Origin: Verrucomicrobiota bacterium
GTDB taxonomy: Bacteria; Verrucomicrobiota; Verrucomicrobiia; Opitutales; JABDGR01
Reading direction: 5' to 3'
Assembly (NCBI GenBank): GCA_013285985.1
Contig: JABDGR010000003.1
Location: 1-54,818 of the forward strand
DNA: 54,818 nucleotides
This document shows, one piece after another, positions 37,975-46,731 of this stretch; within the stretch, counting starts at the first letter, position 1; each line of letters begins with the position of its first letter. Both the position numbers and the translations under genes were made by a program. The notes under the pieces were generated by a model. It was not told the origin of the DNA. It saw only the letters and a list, made by a program, of their open reading frames with translations, and ran no database searches.

Positions 37975-38942
37975 GGCTGCAGGCTCACTTCGGCGGGCTG
38001 GCCGGTGTGGAGCTCGCGCGCCACCGCCGGGTCGAAATCCGCCTCGACCAGGAAAACGTATTTGTAGTTCTGGCTGTCGCTATAAATCACCGGGGGAGTA
38101 AACTCCACTTGCGTGGAAATAAAACTGACCTTCGCCTTGAGCGGCTCGCGCCCGTCGAGCCTGACGGTGACTTCCTGCCCAAGTTTCAGGCGGTTGATTT
38201 CCGCCTGGGGCACATAAAAGCGGGCGCGCAGTTCCGCCGCCGGCAGCATCACTACCACCGGTTGCGCCGGCGCCACGCGCTCACCCACGCGGTAAAGCGT
38301 GTCCTGAATCCAACCCGCTTGCGGCGCGTTCTGTGTTTTCTGATCGAGCAGCCACTTCGTGTTGTCGCGCAAGGCCTGCGCCGCGTTCCAATCGGCCAGC
38401 GCCTGCTTGATTTGGTCCTCGCGGGCGCCGAGTTTGCCCGTGGCGAGCTGGTTGGCGTCGCGTTCCGCCTCGGCGGCGTGCTGGTCGGTCAAAAGGCGCA
38501 AGCGGTCGAGGTCGTTTTGTGAAACATAATTGCCCTCCCGCAATTGCTCGTTGCGCTTCCATTCGGCCTCGGATTGCGCGAGCGTCGCCTGGTCGGCCTT
38601 CACCTGCGCTTCGAGCGCGGCCAGCTCGGTGTCACGCAGACCTTTGCTTAAATCGTCCAGCTTGGCCTTGGCTGATTTCACGAGCTCTTCCTGTTGGCTC
38701 AATTGATCCTGCTCGGGTTGGGGGTCGAGCACGAAAAGTGGCGCCCCGGCCTCGACCCAGTCGCCGCGCCGCACTTTCAATTCCTTCAATTGCCCTTCCT
38801 GGGGAGACGCCACACTGAGGAAACGCCCGTCCAGATAGCCCTGATAGACACCATCCTTGTGCGCATTTTTATCGGTGCAGCCCGCTGACAGCAGTGCCGC
38901 GGCGGCAGCCACACCCACCCCGGCTCGTCGGAAGAGATTCAT
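37971..38942 (-). CDS. HlyD-family membrane fusion lipoprotein (YbhG-like)
   Basis: LSAGC lipobox, lipoyl half-motifs, coiled coil, EFTPPVIYS. Confidence 0.9.
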   Translation of the reverse strand: MNLFRRAGVGVAAAAALLSAGCTDKNAHKDGVYQGYLDGRFLSVASPQEGQLKELKVRRGDWVEAGAPLFVLDPQPEQDQLSQQEELVKSAKAKLDDLSKGLRDTELAALEAQVKADQATLAQSEAEWKRNEQLREGNYVSQNDLDRLRLLTDQHAAEAERDANQLATGKLGAREDQIKQALADWNAAQALRDNTKWLLDQKTQNAPQAGWIQDTLYRVGERVAPAQPVVVMLPAAELRARFYVPQAEINRLKLGQEVTVRLDGREPLKAKVSFISTQVEFTPPVIYSDSQNYKYVFLVEADFDPAVARELHTGQPAEVSLQP

Positions 38943-39056
38943 ACGCTCGTTTATCTATCCACTTGCCCCGGAAAGGCAAGCATACGCTCCCTTCCCACGC
39001 TTGCCGCGCCGCTCATTTGCGTCTATCAGTCAAAATTCCGTCTGCCTTGTTTTACC

Positions 39057-41153
39057 ATGTCGCTGTTCCGTAATTCCTCGCCCGAGCGCGGCCCGGCCGC
39101 CTCCACGGGCCTGCTGGTGGATGGCTCCACGCAATTTCTCGCCGTCACTTTACCGGGACGCGAAAGCGCCGTTTATGCCGAGTTGCTTGAAGTGGTCAAA
39201 GGCGCGGGCTTTCAATTGGAACCTTCGAACCGCAAGTGGTGGTTGCGCGACCGACACCGCGTGCTGGAATTTCTCGCGCGGCATCTGCCGGATTTTCGGG
39301 AAAAATATCACGCGCAATTCACGCCGGGCTTCGAGCAGCGCACGGCGCAATTGCAATTTGCCAAAGTCACAGCCGCAGCCCGGAGTGACGCCGGCAAATT
39401 CGAAGTCACCTTGGAATTGAGCGCGCCCGCCGCGGATGAGTCCGCGTTGCGCGCCGCCCTGGCGCGCGGCCATTCTTATATTGAAACACCACGCGGCCTC
39501 GTGCTGGTAAACCCCGATACCGCGGGCAAGCTCGCCGCAGCCCAGCAGGCGCTCGGCGGCCCCACCGCCGGCAACTCTCCGCTGGCGCGGTTTCGACGCA
39601 CGGTGTCCGCGGCAGAATTGCCTGCGACCGAGTCGCTGCTGGAATCGCTGGCCGTGCCGTTTGAAACGCCCGCCACCTGGAAATCCCGCAGTGAGTCGCT
39701 GCGCCATCTCGACCAGCTCACGCCCGCGCCGTTGTCTGCAGAACTGGCGAAGCGCCTGCGCGAATACCAACGCGTCGGTGTGGCGTGGTTGTGGCATCTT
39801 TGGTCGAGCAAACTCGGTGGTGTGCTGGCTGACGAAATGGGCCTGGGTAAAACGGCCCAGGCGCTGGCCCTGCTCAACTGTCTGCACCGGCCCAACACTC
39901 TGGGTGGATTAATCAAGACGCCTTCGCTTGTCGTGGCCCCAGCCGGATTGCTCGGCAATTGGCATCGCGAAGCCACGGGTTGGACGCCTTCGCTCAAAGT
40001 ATTCACCCATCACGGCGCGGAGCGGCTGGCCACTGCCGAACAGGCGGCTGGGTATGACCTCGTTCTCACCTCCTATGCCACGCTCGCGCGGGATGCGGAA
40101 TTGCTGACGGCCATCGAATGGGCAGCGGTCATTGCCGACGAGGCGCAACACGCCAAAAACCGCCGCACGAACGCGGCGCGGGCCTTGCGGGCTTTGCGGG
40201 CCCATTCGCGTTTCGCACTCACGGGCACACCACTCGAAAACAGTTTTGACGACCTGCGTTCGCTCTTTGATTTCATCCTGCCCGGCTACCTGGCACAACC
40301 GAGCGGCGCGCGCGAAGCTTCCGCCGCCGCCCAACGGGCCGCGGACGATGCCACCCTGCGCCGCCGCGCCGCGCCGTATGTGCTGCGCCGCACCAAGGCG
40401 ATGGTCGCGCCGGAATTGCCGCCGAAACTCGAGCAGACCGTCTATTGTGAATTCGAGCCGCGCCAGGCCGCGCTTTACGCAAAAGTGCGGGAACGGGCGC
40501 GCGCAGCGTTTTTTCAACTGGCCATGGGCAACGCGAGCGACGGCCGCCTGCGGCTGGCTGCGTTCGAAGAATTGCTGCGTCTGCGGCAAGTCTGCGCGGA
40601 CCCGCGCCTGCTCGACCCTGACCTGACGGGAGACGATTCGACCAAATTGCGGGCATTGCGCGAATTGCTCGACGAAGCGGTGGACGGCGGCCACCGCACC
40701 CTCGTTTTTTCCCAGTTCACTTCAGTGCTCGACCTCATCGAGCCGGCACTCGCCGAGGCCGGGTTGCCCAGCCTGCGGCTCGATGGCTCAACGCCACCGC
40801 GCGACCGCCTGGAAATCTGCGATCGTTTTAACGCCGACCCAACGCTGCCCGTTTTGTTAATTTCGCTCAAAGCCGGCGGCACGGGCTTAAATCTCACCGG
40901 CGCCGACACGGTGGTGCACTTCGACCCGTGGTGGAACCCGGCCGTCGAAGCCCAGGCCACCGACCGCGCCCATCGCCTCGGCCAGACGCGCACCGTGACC
41001 AGTTACAAGCTCATCGCCGCCAACACCGTCGAAGAACGCGTGCTCGCCTTGCAACAATCGAAGGCCGGACTGCTGGCGGACTTTTTTGCCGAAAACGCCG
41101 CCGCGCTCGAAAAAATCTCCCTGGCCGATGTGCAAAAACTTTTGGAGGAGTAA
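39057..41153 (+). CDS. SNF2-family helicase
   Basis: LADEMGLGKT, ADEAQ, LTGTPLEN, LISLKAGGTGLNLTGAD, QATDRAHRLGQ. Confidence 0.95.
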   Translation: MSLFRNSSPERGPAASTGLLVDGSTQFLAVTLPGRESAVYAELLEVVKGAGFQLEPSNRKWWLRDRHRVLEFLARHLPDFREKYHAQFTPGFEQRTAQLQFAKVTAAARSDAGKFEVTLELSAPAADESALRAALARGHSYIETPRGLVLVNPDTAGKLAAAQQALGGPTAGNSPLARFRRTVSAAELPATESLLESLAVPFETPATWKSRSESLRHLDQLTPAPLSAELAKRLREYQRVGVAWLWHLWSSKLGGVLADEMGLGKTAQALALLNCLHRPNTLGGLIKTPSLVVAPAGLLGNWHREATGWTPSLKVFTHHGAERLATAEQAAGYDLVLTSYATLARDAELLTAIEWAAVIADEAQHAKNRRTNAARALRALRAHSRFALTGTPLENSFDDLRSLFDFILPGYLAQPSGAREASAAAQRAADDATLRRRAAPYVLRRTKAMVAPELPPKLEQTVYCEFEPRQAALYAKVRERARAAFFQLAMGNASDGRLRLAAFEELLRLRQVCADPRLLDPDLTGDDSTKLRALRELLDEAVDGGHRTLVFSQFTSVLDLIEPALAEAGLPSLRLDGSTPPRDRLEICDRFNADPTLPVLLISLKAGGTGLNLTGADTVVHFDPWWNPAVEAQATDRAHRLGQTRTVTSYKLIAANTVEERVLALQQSKAGLLADFFAENAAALEKISLADVQKLLEE

Positions 41154-41157
41154 CTCT

Positions 41158-42147
41158 TCACTCCCCGTGCGCCGCGCGCAGTTGTTCCCATAATTTTTTC
41201 TGCGAGGAAGTTTCCGCCGGCGGCACGCGCACCGTGAGCACGGCGTATAAATCCCCGCGCCCGCCGCCACGCTTGGGCAGGCCCAGCGCCTTCAACCGCA
41301 GTTGTTGCCCCGTGGCCGCACCCGCCGCCACTTTCACGGCGACGGACTGCGCGAGCGTCGGCACTGTTTTTTTCGCGCCGAGCGCCGCCTCCCACGGGGC
41401 GAGTTCCAACTCATAATACAAATCCGCGCCTTCGACGCGAAAGTCCGGGTGCTTTTGCAGGCGCACATTCAAATATAAATCCCCCGGTTCGCCGTGCGCC
41501 GTTGCCGGCTCGCCCTTGCCCGCCACACGGATGCGCTGGCCATCGCTCACCCCCGACGGAATACGCACCTTGAGCGTTTCCACCGCGCCCCGGCCTTCGC
41601 CGCGGCGGCGCAGGCTGAGGATTCTTTCCGAGCCGTTGTTCGCTTCCTCCAGTGTGACGAGCAGATCCGACTCCAAATCCTGTCCCCGCTCTGGACCGGC
41701 TGCCTCCTGCTCACCACCCCATTGCCCAGCACCAGGAAATCCGCCACTCGCGCCGCCGAATCCGCGCCGGCCTTGCGCCCCGCCGAAAAAGTGCTCGAAG
41801 AAATCGCTGAAACCCGTGCCGCCAAATTCGAATTCCACGCCATCCCCGCCAGGGCCACCCGCGCGCCGCCAGGTGCCTCCGCCACCTGCTCCGGGCGGCG
41901 GGCGGAACTGCGCGCCGTGCTCCCAGTTGGGGCCCAGTTCGTCGTAGCGCTTGCGCTTGTCCTTGTCGCTCAGGACTTCGTAGGCCTCATTGATTTCCTT
42001 GAACTTTTCCTCCGCGCGCTTTTTGTCCGTCGCCGTGTCCGGGTGAAACTGCCGCGCGAGCTTGCGGAAGGCCTTTTTCAGGTCCTCCTCGCTCGCATCC
42101 CGGGGAACCCCGAGTGTCTTGTAATAGTCTTTAAATTCCATTGCCAT
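41158..42147 (-). CDS. cbpA: CbpA-like class B J-domain protein
   Basis: [13 protein letters not shown]-rich region, GFSDFF, C-terminal DnaJ domain; no Zn finger. Confidence 0.88.
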   Translation of the reverse strand: MAMEFKDYYKTLGVPRDASEEDLKKAFRKLARQFHPDTATDKKRAEEKFKEINEAYEVLSDKDKRKRYDELGPNWEHGAQFRPPPGAGGGGTWRRAGGPGGDGVEFEFGGTGFSDFFEHFFGGAQGRRGFGGASGGFPGAGQWGGEQEAAGPERGQDLESDLLVTLEEANNGSERILSLRRRGEGRGAVETLKVRIPSGVSDGQRIRVAGKGEPATAHGEPGDLYLNVRLQKHPDFRVEGADLYYELELAPWEAALGAKKTVPTLAQSVAVKVAAGAATGQQLRLKALGLPKRGGGRGDLYAVLTVRVPPAETSSQKKLWEQLRAAHGE

Positions 42148-42290
42148 GGGCAAAATATGCAGAAACCGCCCCACTCTGGCAAGATGTGGGAATCAATCCC
42201 GCCCTGATTATTGAGTTTCCATTCCTTCCGGTCTTACTATCCTAAAACCGGGCCAGTCGCCTCAACTCCTTTTCCCTTACACCTCTGCCC

Positions 42291-42974
42291 ATGCGCGCCG
42301 ACGAACTTTTCACCCTGCCGCCATCGCTCGCGCGTTTTGCGTCGTTCTTCGCGCCCGACGCCCCGCCCTGGACCTGGGTCGAACGCATTGCGGCCGCGCT
42401 GGAATCCGTGCCCGCGAAAGAATTTGCGCCGCGCGCGGATTTGCCCCCCGGTCTGCAAATTGAAGGGAAAGTTTATTTGCACCCGTCGGCCAAATTGCCG
42501 CCCTACGGGGTTATCCAGGGCCCCACCTGGATTGGCGCCAAAACAGATTTGCGCCCGGGAGTCTTCATCCGCGGCCTCGTCATCGCGGGCGAAGGCTGTG
42601 TGCTCGGAAACAGCTGCGAATACAAAAACTGCTTGTTGCTCGATGGCGTGCAGACGCCGCATTACAATTACGTCGGCGATTCCGTGCTGGGCAACCGCTC
42701 ACACCTCGGCGCCGGCGCAATTTGCGCCAACCTGCGACTCGACAAGAAATCGATTTCCGTGCAAACCCCCACCGGGCGGGTCGTGACAAGCTTACGCAAA
42801 CTTGGCGCCATGATGGGTGACGACGCCGAAGCCGGCTGCAACGCCGTACTTCAACCTGGGACGATTTTAGGCAAACGAGCGGCCGTGCTGCCCGCGATCG
42901 CCTTTGCCGGCTACCTGTCACCCAATACCCTTGCGAGCGTGCGCACCGAAGTCCGACACTTGCCGCGACCATAA
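42291..42974 (+). CDS. Left-handed beta-helix acyltransferase (GlmU C-terminal-like)
   Basis: Hexapeptide repeats, HYNYVGDSVLG, GAGAICAN, KLGAMMGD. Confidence 0.85.
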   Translation: MRADELFTLPPSLARFASFFAPDAPPWTWVERIAAALESVPAKEFAPRADLPPGLQIEGKVYLHPSAKLPPYGVIQGPTWIGAKTDLRPGVFIRGLVIAGEGCVLGNSCEYKNCLLLDGVQTPHYNYVGDSVLGNRSHLGAGAICANLRLDKKSISVQTPTGRVVTSLRKLGAMMGDDAEAGCNAVLQPGTILGKRAAVLPAIAFAGYLSPNTLASVRTEVRHLPRP

Positions 42975-43501
42975 AATTCCGCCCTCCGGCTGGGGTGAAG
43001 TTATTCGAGCAATCGAATCGGGTTTTGCTCAAAATTGGCCACGTTTTCCGTCTGGCCGGTCCATTTTGCTTTTATTCGGGATTTTTTCACTTTGTTTTGA
43101 CAAAATATGGGGTAATTACCCTACATGAAACTTTCTTCTTTAGGAAAGTCCCTGAAAAAATGGTCAAAATTTAGCGTGAATGTGGTTCAAGACCCCGAAA
43201 ACAAAACTTCGTAATATTTTACTATTCAATCATTTATGTGAGATATTCACCGTTGGTCAAAATCGTCATGACAGCAATCCTCATTCGTCTCCTAGTGCCG
43301 TTCAGAAGTTGGCCGTCTATCTATTAAAAAATTTAATTGCAATCATAAGTAGGGTATTTTCCCGAGTCATTCCCGGTTTTTTTCACAGATTTTTAACAGT
43401 CCTAACCGTCCCATGATACAACTAAGGAGGCGTTCCGTGGTTGATACTGCTCCTGATAGGTATAGTCTCTGCTCCCCCGCTAGTTGCAACTACCCACCGC
43501 C

Positions 43502-45157
43502 ATGTCCATCCAAGCCAATACCACCGCCTTCCCTTGGAAAGGCCCCGAACAGCCGGAAACTAGCCGTCTGCTTCTTGCCCGGCCTGCGCGCAACCGTCTG
43601 CCCAAAAAGCCGGACGAGCCCTCGACGGCCGTATGCGTGATGGTTGTGGATATGGCGCACTTCGCGCAAATCCAGCATCACCTCCAATTGCTGGCGGGCG
43701 ACAAGGCCATGAAGGATCTGGCCGACCAGATTCACCGCATCATGGCGGAAGGCTGCGCGAAGGCCGGCCAGGTGTACGAAAAGGTTTGTGCCTCCTTTGG
43801 CGGCGACGGCGGTATCTTTGTCTTTAACCGGCCGGCCGAGGCCCATGAGGTCGCCGTCAACATGCTCAAGCTGGCGGAGGACGAAAGCGTCCGCGGCCGT
43901 GAAGCCAAGTTGAACGAAGCCATGCGCTGCTTCCGCATCGGCATCGCGTATGGCGAACTTTCGACGGACGCCCACGGCAAGCTCGCCGGGCCCATCATTT
44001 CCAACGCCACGCGCCTCGAAAGTGGCGGCGTGACCGGCGAAATCCGCATCAGCACGGCCGCGTACAAGGTGCTCCCACGCAGCATCCAGCGCCTTTACGG
44101 CGGCGAAGAGCAGATTCGCGGCAAAGCCCACGAGAAGCCGCAAAACGGCCACCGCTGCGTCGTCGTCCCACGCGCGCCGTGGGACGCGCCGATGAAGCCG
44201 CCGGTGCGCAACCCCGATTTCAACACCCACGCCATCTTCGCGCACGAATTGGTGGAGTGCTTCATTATCTCGGAAATTGACGAACGCAACCCGCGCATCG
44301 CCGAGGTGATGGAGAAAATGATTGTGCCCGCGTGCAAACGCACCAACTTCCTCCCGCGCCGCGCCGACCGCATCCCGGGCCCCGACCGCATCGCCGTCAT
44401 CAAGGAGCAATTGGCCGAGGCCCCGCTCGTGATTGCCTACCTGGGCCAGCCGAAGCCGCACTGGAACGCCGATGTGATTCTCGAAGTTGGCTTCCGCCTT
44501 GCCACGGGAAAACCGATGGTGATGATCCACGAGGCGCCGCCCGCATCGCCCGACGGCAGTGTCGCGTCGCTCAAAGCTTTGCTTCCGTTCTACCTGCTGC
44601 ACCGCACGACCGTCGAGATCGCGCAGCAGCCGCAGCAATCGCTTGACCGCCTCATCGCGGAAATCAACCTCGCGAAACACGACCGGCCTGAGGGCAAATG
44701 GAGCTCGACCCATCCGAAGCTCGAATTGCAATTCACCAACCTGCGCACCGACTTGCAGATCAACGAAGTCTCGCCCGAGGCCAAGGAATTGTTCGGCCTG
44801 GACAACCACATGGAGACGCACCAGCTCGTCGGCGTGATGGACCGGATTCGCGAGCGGATGGAAGACGTCCAATTCAAGGCCTACCTGCGCGAACAGTCTG
44901 AAATTCTCGCCAAGATTCAGGCGGAAGGCGCCGGCTTCTCCTCGATGGACGAACCCCGCGCCCTGCCACTCGCGCGCGTGCCCATCATCTTCAAGAACAC
45001 CACCGCCCTCGAACCGGACCGCAAGCCACTCGGTCATTTGCCCGTGCTGGAACGCTATTCGTTCGACCGCGGCCTCTTCAAATTGCGCACGCTGTTTATT
45101 CCGGTGTCAGAATCCTTGCACCGCGACCCGGCAGGTTTTTGGGTTTGCGACGTGTGA
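43502..45157 (+). CDS. Class III nucleotidyl cyclase domain fused to an NDT/TIR-like Rossmannoid domain and a PAS-like C-terminus
   Basis: VVDMAHF, GGDGGIFVF, FRIGIAYGE, NATRLES, GEIRIS; then CFIIS...RRAD...LVIAYL...NADVILEVGFRLATGKPMVMI. Confidence 0.8.
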   Translation: MSIQANTTAFPWKGPEQPETSRLLLARPARNRLPKKPDEPSTAVCVMVVDMAHFAQIQHHLQLLAGDKAMKDLADQIHRIMAEGCAKAGQVYEKVCASFGGDGGIFVFNRPAEAHEVAVNMLKLAEDESVRGREAKLNEAMRCFRIGIAYGELSTDAHGKLAGPIISNATRLESGGVTGEIRISTAAYKVLPRSIQRLYGGEEQIRGKAHEKPQNGHRCVVVPRAPWDAPMKPPVRNPDFNTHAIFAHELVECFIISEIDERNPRIAEVMEKMIVPACKRTNFLPRRADRIPGPDRIAVIKEQLAEAPLVIAYLGQPKPHWNADVILEVGFRLATGKPMVMIHEAPPASPDGSVASLKALLPFYLLHRTTVEIAQQPQQSLDRLIAEINLAKHDRPEGKWSSTHPKLELQFTNLRTDLQINEVSPEAKELFGLDNHMETHQLVGVMDRIRERMEDVQFKAYLREQSEILAKIQAEGAGFSSMDEPRALPLARVPIIFKNTTALEPDRKPLGHLPVLERYSFDRGLFKLRTLFIPVSESLHRDPAGFWVCDV

Positions 45158-45176
45158 AGGAATCCGTGGCTGACGA

Positions 45177-45953
45177 CTACGTCAGCAGCAAATCCAGGGC
45201 GAGCCGGTGCAACCGCGGGCTGGCGGCGAGGCAGGATTTCTGGTCGCCGATTTCCCCGCCCGACCAATCGGTAATCAACCCGCCCGCACCACGAATGATG
45301 GGCACCAGCGGCAGTACGTCCCACAAATTCATCACGGCGTCGCACATCACGTCGGCCCGGCCGGTGGCCACGAGGAAGTAGCCGTAGCAATCGCCCCAGG
45401 TGCGCACCATCCCGGCCGCTTTTTGCAAACGTTGCCATGCCGCGGGGTCGTGCCGCATCGCCGAGTCCACGAGACAGGTCGTCAGCAGCGTCGCCTCGGC
45501 CATCGAGCGGGTGTCGCGCACGCGCACGGGCTGGCCATTGAGTGTAGTAACCGCGCCATCGCCCAGGCAGAGCCAGTCGAGCACCGGCTGGTGAATCGCG
45601 CCGAGCACCGGCTTCCCCTGATACAGCAGCCCAATCAGGGTCCCAAACAAGGGAACCCCGTGGATAAAAGATTTCGTGCCGTCAATCGGATCGAGCACCC
45701 ACGTCCACTCGGCCTCGGTGCGTTCGGGGCCGTATTCCTCCGCCAGGATGCCGTGCTCAGGGAAACGTGAGTTAATCAACTGGCGCATCGCGGCTTCGGC
45801 GGCCCGGTCAGCCTCGGTGACAGGCGTCAAATCGCCCTTTTGTTCAACGGCCAGTGCCGGATTCCCAAAATGCTTGCGTACGATTGGCCCGCTGGCCGCT
45901 GTCAGCTCAGTAATGAATGTGCGATAGGGATCAAGATTCAGTCCGGAACTCAT
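45177..45953 (-). CDS. hisN: Histidinol-phosphatase, inositol monophosphatase family
   Basis: PVTEADR, WVLDPIDGTKSFIHGVPLFGTLI, WGDCYGY, WD..LVPIIRGAGG. Confidence 0.85.
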   Translation of the reverse strand: MSSGLNLDPYRTFITELTAASGPIVRKHFGNPALAVEQKGDLTPVTEADRAAEAAMRQLINSRFPEHGILAEEYGPERTEAEWTWVLDPIDGTKSFIHGVPLFGTLIGLLYQGKPVLGAIHQPVLDWLCLGDGAVTTLNGQPVRVRDTRSMAEATLLTTCLVDSAMRHDPAAWQRLQKAAGMVRTWGDCYGYFLVATGRADVMCDAVMNLWDVLPLVPIIRGAGGLITDWSGGEIGDQKSCLAASPRLHRLALDLLLT

Positions 45954-46046
45954 GGGTTCAAGTTACTCTTTGCGGTCGGGGATGGGAAGGCTGAAGCATG
46001 AAATTTCTAGCTTCATCCGGCATCCGACATCCTTCATTCTTTTTTC

Positions 46047-46730
46047 ATGCCCTGGCCCGCCACCGTCATTCATGTGCTCGACTTTGAGGGCGGCCGGCGC
46101 AGCGGAGTCGTCGAATACGGCGTGGCTACGCTAACCGACGGGAAAATCATCACCGCGCACACACGCGTCTGCGCGCCCTCCGGCCCGGTTGCCGCCGCGG
46201 AAAGCGCGCTGCACGGGATTTCAGAAAGCGAGGCGGCCCGCACCGAGCCTTTTTCCGCCGAGCAAGCGCTCTTCGCCGGCCTGCGCCAGACGGGGTTCTT
46301 CGCCGCGCACCATGCGCCCATCGAGCGCGCCTTGCTGCGCCGTGCCTGGCCGGTGCCTCCGGCCTCGCCTGACTATGCCGCCCCCGACCCTGGCAGTGCA
46401 CCGCGCCTGGCCGATTGGGGGCCCTGGATCGACACCCGGCGCATTTATGAACATGTCCATCCCGCGCTGCCAGGCTATCAATTAATGGAGCTCGTCCAGG
46501 CCTTTGCGCTTACGGAAGAATTGGCCACTCTCGCCATGCAGCATTGCCCCGCCCACCGCCGCCGGCCGCATTGCGCGCTTTACGACGCCCTCGCCGCCGC
46601 CCTATTGCTTACCCGCCTAGCCCACGAACCAAAAATCGCCGCAGCCCCGCTCGGCTGGTTGCTCGTCAATTCTGTCTCGCCCGACGAGGGCGAGCCGTTC
46701 CGCCAGGGCGAGTTCATGCTGGCGGATTGA
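46047..46730 (+). CDS. DEDDh 3'-5' exonuclease domain protein
   Basis: LDFEG, LHGIS, AHHAPIE, WIDT, HCALYDA. Confidence 0.85.
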   Translation: MPWPATVIHVLDFEGGRRSGVVEYGVATLTDGKIITAHTRVCAPSGPVAAAESALHGISESEAARTEPFSAEQALFAGLRQTGFFAAHHAPIERALLRRAWPVPPASPDYAAPDPGSAPRLADWGPWIDTRRIYEHVHPALPGYQLMELVQAFALTEELATLAMQHCPAHRRRPHCALYDALAAALLLTRLAHEPKIAAAPLGWLLVNSVSPDEGEPFRQGEFMLAD

Positions 46731-46731
46731 A

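Noticed and set aside
43370-43395. DnaA-box-like TTTTTCACA suggesting an origin
   Set aside because: Single degenerate match, no box cluster and no origin-associated genes.
43490-45037. 515-aa minus-strand ORF
   Set aside because: Antisense shadow of the cyclase fusion caused by codon bias.
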